Below, in pieces: positions 58,532 to 64,000 of a stretch of 64,000 bases of DNA; the first letter of the stretch is position 1; each line of letters begins with the position of its first letter. This DNA is from Gemmatimonadales bacterium (lineage in GTDB: Bacteria > Gemmatimonadota > Gemmatimonadetes > Gemmatimonadales > GWC2-71-9), in assembly GCA_037189525.1 (NCBI GenBank), contig JBBCJC010000005.1:160001-224000 (forward strand), written 5' to 3'. The notes beneath the pieces were generated by a model. It worked only from the letters and a program-made list of their open reading frames with translations, ran no database searches and had not been told where the DNA came from. The position numbers and the translations under genes are program-made.

Positions 58532-60000
58532 TTCCCATGTCTCCGTTTTCTCTCGGCCGATCGGCCGCCGCGGCGGTCGTGCTGTGGTCGGCAGCCGTCA
58601 CCTCGGTTGCCGCGCAGGACTCGCTCACCCTCGCGCGGACCATTGCGATTGCGCAGGACCGGAGTTTCCCCGCGCGGGCGGCCAAGGCCACCCGTGATGC
58701 CGCGCGTTATCGGGACCGCGCCTTCCACGGGCGCCTGCTGCCGCAAGTCTCGCTGTCGGGCACCTTGCCCCGCTACAACCGGTCCATCATCCAGGTCATC
58801 CAGCCGGACGGCAGCACGCTGTTCCGTCCGCAGGACCTGACCAACTCCGCCCTGACCGCCACGGTCAGCCAGCGACTGCCGGTCACCGGAGGCGACCTGT
58901 TCGTGACGTCGTCGCTCTCCCGGCTCGCGGTGAGCGGCCAGCAAACGACGCGAACGTACTCATCGACCCCGTTCTCCATCGGATTGCGACAAGGTATCTT
59001 CCGGCCCAACACCGACGGATGGGACCGGCGCGAGCAACCGGTGCGCAACGAGCTGGCCGAACGCGGCTACCGTGAGGCCAAAGAGGATATCGCGATCCAG
59101 ACGACCAGCTTGTTCTTCGACGTCTATGCCGCGGAGATGGCGCTGGACAATGCGGCGCGGAACGTCGGCGTCAACGACACCTTGTACCGGCTCAATCAGG
59201 GACGGTTCGAGGTCGGCCGGATCGGCGAGAACGACCTGCTCCAGAGCGAACTCGCCTTGCTGCGGAGTCGCAACGCCCTGGACGGCGCTCGGCTCGAGTA
59301 TCAGCGCACGCAGGTAGCGCTCCGGACCGCGCTCGACCTTCCGGCCGATGCGCCCGTGGATGTCGTCGTGCCAGCGACTGTGCCCGATGTCACCATCGAC
59401 ACCCTGGTTGCCGCGAGCGAAGCCCTGCGAAATCGGGCCACGGTAACCGATGCGGAGCTGCAGCGGATCCAGGCCGACCGGCGCGTCAACGAAGCCAAGC
59501 TGGCCAACGGACCCGGCGCTACCGTGCAGGCGAGCTACGGTTTCAACGCGACCGCGCCCGAGATGAGCCTGGCCTACTCGAACCTGCTCGAGGCCCGGCA
59601 GTTCACGCTCTCCGTGGAGATGCCCCTGATACGCTGGGGCGCCAACAAGGGCGAGGTCCAGGCCGCCCAGGCCGACCGGCAGCGCATCGAGAGCAATACG
59701 ACCCTGGCCCTCCGTCAAACGGCCAATGAAGGCCATTTCGCAGCTCTCGAACTCGCGCAGGCCGCTCGCGCGCTGACCATCTCGGCCAAAGCGGACACCG
59801 TGGCCACCAAGCGGTTCGAGGTCGCCTACAACCGCTACGTGATCGGGCGGATCGCGATCGATAACCTCTACATAGCCCAGACCGAGAAGGATCAGGCGGT
59901 GAGCCAGTTCGTCCAGGCGCTGCGCGGGTACTGGCAGGCGTACTACCGGCTCCGGCGGCTCACCCTCTTCGACTTCGTGGCCAACCAGCCGATCCAATAG
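58528..60000 (+). CDS. TolC family outer-membrane efflux protein
   Basis: LTLARTIAIA, LLPQVSL, RFEVG/RYVIG repeat pattern. Confidence 0.9.
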   Translation: MIPMSPFSLGRSAAAAVVLWSAAVTSVAAQDSLTLARTIAIAQDRSFPARAAKATRDAARYRDRAFHGRLLPQVSLSGTLPRYNRSIIQVIQPDGSTLFRPQDLTNSALTATVSQRLPVTGGDLFVTSSLSRLAVSGQQTTRTYSSTPFSIGLRQGIFRPNTDGWDRREQPVRNELAERGYREAKEDIAIQTTSLFFDVYAAEMALDNAARNVGVNDTLYRLNQGRFEVGRIGENDLLQSELALLRSRNALDGARLEYQRTQVALRTALDLPADAPVDVVVPATVPDVTIDTLVAASEALRNRATVTDAELQRIQADRRVNEAKLANGPGATVQASYGFNATAPEMSLAYSNLLEARQFTLSVEMPLIRWGANKGEVQAAQADRQRIESNTTLALRQTANEGHFAALELAQAARALTISAKADTVATKRFEVAYNRYVIGRIAIDNLYIAQTEKDQAVSQFVQALRGYWQAYYRLRRLTLFDFVANQPIQ

Positions 60001-60067
60001 CCGCGGATTGACGGAACGCCCCCGACGCGCCAGCTTACCTCTGTCGGGGCGCGGTCGGGGAGACTCT

Positions 60068-60220
60068 ATGCGGATCCTCACCTTTGGCACCACCAGCATG
60101 GTGGGCCAGCGCGGGCTGCGCGAATGCCTGCGCACATCGACCGTCCAGTTGGGGCAGACCATCGGCCAGAGCACTCTCGGCCGGCAGCACTCCATCCTCC
60201 GCACAACCCTGCGCACCGGC
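60068..60220 (+). pseudogene. Degenerate N-terminus of an NAD(P)-binding epimerase-like gene
   Basis: MRILTFGTTSMVGQRGLRECL..VQLGQTIG..QHSILR resembles a GATGMVG Rossmann start. Confidence 0.55.
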
Positions 60221-60229
60221 CTGATCTCC

Positions 60230-61102
60230 ATGCTGGCCGTTACCCCGCTATTCGCCCAGCAAGCTCTCCAGGATGAAGCCCCTCGCGACTCCGCCGTTGC
60301 CACTCCTCGGCGCGGCGGTCAGTTCCTCTGGCCGTTCAGCAACATGCTGCTGCCCGGCGCGGGACTCTACGGGACCGGGCGTCCGGTGTCCGGCGCCGGA
60401 TATACCGCCAGCGCGCTCGTGGGAGTCGGCCTGGTCGGCCATTCCTCGTGGGGTGAGTTCGACCTCGACGCCCGGGACAGCCGAGGCCAACGCATTGCCG
60501 TAGGGCTCGCGGTACTGAGCGCGAGCGGGATGCTCGGTGCGTATGATACGTTCCGGGGCTCGCTCCCCGGCTTCAAAGCAGCCGGGAAGTATGACGATCT
60601 GGAGCACACGCCATCGGTCGGACAGATCATGGCCGCGCCGGCGGACCCACGATACCTGCGCCGGTGGACGACCTGGGTCGGCCTGGCCTTTACGGCGGTT
60701 GCGACCGTCGGAGTGCTTTCGCAGGAGAAGGACCCCGGCGCTCCGCCGCTCGGCGGGCGGGACGTGGCATACTCCGGCGCCATATCACTGGGTGCGGCGG
60801 CCGGTGAAGAGGCTGCGTTCCGCGGCTGGCTGCTCCCGCTCTTCCATCAGAACATGGGGCAGAAGTTCTGGCTCGCCAACGGCCTGCAGTCTACGATTTT
60901 CGGCGCCGGTCATCCCGATGCCAAAGAGTTCGCGTTCGTGATCGGCGCGTGGGCATTCTACCAGGGCTGGCTCACACGCCGGAACGGTTGGGACGTCCGG
61001 GAGTCGACGTTCCAGCATTTCTGGTACGACGTGGCAATCTTCCTGGCAACATTATCCCGATCCAATGGCACGGCCTCGATCGGAGCGACAGTGCGATTCT
61101 AA
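60230..61102 (+). CDS. CPBP (Abi/CAAX) family intramembrane glutamic endopeptidase
   Basis: GEEAAFRG, FGAGH, HFWYD. Start codon uncertain. Confidence 0.8.
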   Translation: MLAVTPLFAQQALQDEAPRDSAVATPRRGGQFLWPFSNMLLPGAGLYGTGRPVSGAGYTASALVGVGLVGHSSWGEFDLDARDSRGQRIAVGLAVLSASGMLGAYDTFRGSLPGFKAAGKYDDLEHTPSVGQIMAAPADPRYLRRWTTWVGLAFTAVATVGVLSQEKDPGAPPLGGRDVAYSGAISLGAAAGEEAAFRGWLLPLFHQNMGQKFWLANGLQSTIFGAGHPDAKEFAFVIGAWAFYQGWLTRRNGWDVRESTFQHFWYDVAIFLATLSRSNGTASIGATVRF

Positions 61103-61149
61103 GGAGCGCTCCGACATGGGCAGAGACAATCTTTGTCCCGGCGGACAGC

Positions 61150-61366
61150 GGCGTCGGCGAGAGTACACCCGTGGCACATCACCAGGACGCCAGCACGCGT
61201 CGTCACCAGATCCGGTTCGATGATGCGTCGGCGCCCTGGGCAATGGCCAGTCGGTACGATTCGATAGCGTGTTCGGGACGGTACCCCGATACGCTGCAGT
61301 GCCGACGATGGGATTGTTGGAACTCGTGAGCAGAAGGACAGCAAGAGCATACTGCCTGCAGCGCAC
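61150..61366 (-). pseudogene. Glycerophosphodiester phosphodiesterase N-terminal remnant
   Basis: SGYRPEHAIESYRLAIAQGAD and IEPDLVTTRAGVLVMCH lie in different frames. Confidence 0.75.
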
Positions 61367-61393
61367 GAATCGTTTCTTGCGCTGCAGGCGGTG

Positions 61394-61921
61394 CTAGTGC
61401 AGAGTCACGCTCAGTCCAATCTGACCAACGTTTGCGTTGGAATTGGACGTCCGGACGGCAAAGCCATTCCAAAACGGGGTAAGGCTGACGTTAGTTCCAA
61501 CCCGGATATCGAGCCCCAGACCGAACAGCAGGCCGACACCAACCTCACTGTCGCTACCAAACCCGTCGATATCGGCGCTGATCGACCCCAGACCCAAACC
61601 GCCTGTAAGAAAGAACCCGCCGGTAGCGCTCGGATAAAAGCGAACACGGGCATCCAGCGTCCCTGCAGTCAGCGTCACCCCGTTCTCGGACTTCGTCCAA
61701 CCCGAGGTTCCGACTCCCAACAGGAACTTCTGACTGATGGTTCCTCCCAGCGAGAGGCCACCGCTCGGCCCCGTTTCACGCGCTTCACAGTCCTCGCAGC
61801 CGAGCGAGCCAAATCCCAAGCCGCCGTTGAACCAGAACCCGTTTCGGGAATGCTTGGTCTGGGCGCTCAGTGCGCTTGCTCCAGCGAAAAACAGCACAGC
61901 CAACAATACGGTGCGCTTCAT
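61394..61921 (-). CDS. Small outer-membrane beta-barrel protein
   Basis: GGAGG RBS, signal peptide, Gly/aromatic strands (RFYP, FFLTGGLG, GLGLDIRVG). Confidence 0.8.
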   Translation of the reverse strand: MKRTVLLAVLFFAGASALSAQTKHSRNGFWFNGGLGFGSLGCEDCEARETGPSGGLSLGGTISQKFLLGVGTSGWTKSENGVTLTAGTLDARVRFYPSATGGFFLTGGLGLGSISADIDGFGSDSEVGVGLLFGLGLDIRVGTNVSLTPFWNGFAVRTSNSNANVGQIGLSVTLH

Positions 61922-62132
61922 TCGCTTCCTCCGTTCTGTGCGTTTTGCTCAGATTGAATGCTTGGCAAGAACAGCCCTGGCCTTGTCGCCAATCAAGCTA
62001 TGATGCGATGGGGCATCTCCAACTTAACCCGAAGGTTCAGCACGGCAACTTGCACGTCAAAAGCAAGTTATGAGTGGGTTCTTACACGAGATCGACGGAA
62101 CCGCCCGAGTGCGTAACTGACAGTACTCGGAA

Positions 62133-64000
62133 CTACCCCACCCTGAACAGAACGTCGGCCTTGGGATATCGGGCAAGCGCCCGTTCCCGGAGCGCGCGGT
62201 GCTTCGGCTGTTCGAGGCCCGGATCGGCATCGATGACGGCCTGCGCCAACTCCCGCGCCTGACCCAACAGGTCGGTATCGTCGGGAAACCGCGCCACCCG
62301 GATCTCCGCGCTGCCGGACTGGCGTTCGCCCAGGATGTCGCCCTGCCGCCGCTCCTCGAGATCGAGCTCGGCAATCCGAAATCCATCATCGGTTGCTGCG
62401 AACGCTTTGAGCCGGTCGGTCGGCACCCGAACAATCAGAATGCAGTGACTCTGCTGCCCCCCTCTGCCCACCCTGCCCCGCAACTGATGCAGCTGCGCCA
62501 GGCCGAAGCGCTCGGGGTGCTCGATGACCATGGTGGTCGCGTTGGCGACGTCGATCCCGACTTCGATGACCGTGGTGGCCACCAGCACCTGGATCCGACC
62601 CTCGCGAAAGGCGCGCATGATTTCGTCCCGCTGGGGCGCCTTGAGCTGGCCGTGCACCAGGCCGACCTCAACATCGTCCCAACGCCCGGCCAGCGTATCC
62701 GCCATGGTCTTCGCGGCAAGCAGGTCGGCCTTTTCCGTTTCTTCGATGACCGGTAGGACGATGTACGCCTGACGCCCGGCCTGACATTCCACATGGATGA
62801 AGTCGAGCACTTTGTCACGCTGACTGGGCGCGCGCAGCGCCGTCCGGATGGTGCCCCGCCCCGGCGGGCGCTCCTTGATGACGCTGACATCGAGATCGCC
62901 GTAGCGGGTCAGCGCCAGCGAACGCGGAATCGGCGTGGCGGACAAGAGCAGCACATCGGGTGCAACGCCCTTGGCCATCAGCGCCGCGCGCTGTTCGACC
63001 CCGAAACGGTGCTGCTCGTCGATGACGGTCAGCCCGAGCCGCTGGAACGTGACGGTGTCCTGAACCAGCGCGTGCGTACCAACCACGATCCGCATCCCTC
63101 CGGACGCCAGCTGCTTGCGCACCTTGTCCTTCTCGCCGGCCGAGAGCCTGCCGACCAGCAATCCGGGCGCAATCCCGAGCGGCGCGAGCAGCTTGGTGAG
63201 GGTGGCGTGATGCTGTTCGGCGAGCAGTTCCGTCGGCGCCATCAGCGCGGCCTGGTAATCGTTCTCGACCGCCAGCAACATCGCAAACAGTGCCACCAGG
63301 GTTTTCCCGGTGCCGACGTCGCCCATCAGCAGGCGGTGCATCCGATCGGGCGCGGTCATGTCCGCGGTAATTTCGCGAATGGCCCGGCGCTGGTCCTCGG
63401 TCAGGGGCCACGGCAGACTGTCCTTGAGTTGCGTCGTGAGTTCCCGTTTGACCTCGAATGCAACGCCCTGCCGCGCCCGCTTGGCAACGTGACGGGCTCG
63501 GCCGAGCATCAGCTGCAGATCGACCAACTCGTCGAGCGCCAGCCGCCGGCGTCCCGATTCCGCTTCGGCGCTCGACGAAGGCTGGTGCACCGCTCGGAGC
63601 GCCTCGGGAAGCGGCGGAAGGTCGAACCGCCGCCGCAGTTCCTCGGGAAGGATTTCCGTCGAGAGACCGACCAGCACATCCAAATGCCGGCCAATCAGCC
63701 CGCGAATGATCTTGTGGCTGAGTCCCTGCGTGGCAGGATAGACAGGAAGAACGCGCCCCGCCGAGAGCGGATCGCCCTCGTCCTCTTCCTCGGCGAGAAT
63801 GATGAATTCACGCGGGGCCAGCTGCCGGCCATGATAGAAGCGCACCGGTCCGGCCACCAGCAGCGTCTGCCCGACTTGGATGGTCCGATCCATGAAGGCC
63901 TGGCCGGGCCAGACACATTCGATGGCTCCGGTGGCGTCCCGCAGCACCGCGTGGAAGATCCGCAGTCCTCGCTTAGTCGGCAGCGTGCCTTTGGAGATGA
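62133..64000 (-). CDS. recG: ATP-dependent DNA helicase RecG (5'-truncated by window edge)
   Basis: GDVGTGKT, DEQHRFG, SATPIPR, FGLAQLHQLRGRVGRG. Frame is open to the window end. Confidence 0.96.
   Translation of the reverse strand, partial: ISKGTLPTKRGLRIFHAVLRDATGAIECVWPGQAFMDRTIQVGQTLLVAGPVRFYHGRQLAPREFIILAEEEDEGDPLSAGRVLPVYPATQGLSHKIIRGLIGRHLDVLVGLSTEILPEELRRRFDLPPLPEALRAVHQPSSSAEAESGRRRLALDELVDLQLMLGRARHVAKRARQGVAFEVKRELTTQLKDSLPWPLTEDQRRAIREITADMTAPDRMHRLLMGDVGTGKTLVALFAMLLAVENDYQAALMAPTELLAEQHHATLTKLLAPLGIAPGLLVGRLSAGEKDKVRKQLASGGMRIVVGTHALVQDTVTFQRLGLTVIDEQHRFGVEQRAALMAKGVAPDVLLLSATPIPRSLALTRYGDLDVSVIKERPPGRGTIRTALRAPSQRDKVLDFIHVECQAGRQAYIVLPVIEETEKADLLAAKTMADTLAGRWDDVEVGLVHGQLKAPQRDEIMRAFREGRIQVLVATTVIEVGIDVANATTMVIEHPERFGLAQLHQLRGRVGRGGQQSHCILIVRVPTDRLKAFAATDDGFRIAELDLEERRQGDILGERQSGSAEIRVARFPDDTDLLGQARELAQAVIDADPGLEQPKHRALRERALARYPKADVLFRVG

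Overview
High-GC bacterial chromosomal window. Gene content (several Hanks-type kinases, an ECF sigma/kinase pair, many lipoproteins, asnS) suggests Gemmatimonadota, but this is inference. About 1-39 kb is accessory: an orphan luciferase-like monooxygenase/carrier-protein didomain, an atypical gamma-glutamyltransferase, GNATs, DJ-1, RidA, DyP, tamB-tamA, two Ser/Thr kinases, an ECF sigma, an amidase and metY-metX. About 39.8-64 kb is mostly housekeeping: a long minus-strand run alr-DUF1844-deoB-cdd-lipoprotein-OMP-miaB-comFB-comEC-fbp-mutase-esterase, then mazG, asnS, a MacA/MacB/TolC-like operon with no ATPase, and recG. The top finding is upstream of metY-metX: a 32-aa leader peptide with a Met/Cys cluster (MSAAMMCCGPC) embedded in mutually exclusive 1:2, 2:3 and 3:4 helices that end in an intrinsic terminator. 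This looks like a ribosome-mediated transcription attenuator sensing Met/Cys. Several spacers hold eroded gene remnants (GyrI-like domain, GDPD, epimerase, alpha/beta hydrolase). I found no rRNA, tRNA, CRISPR array or transposase. All family calls come from motif recognition by eye, not database searches.
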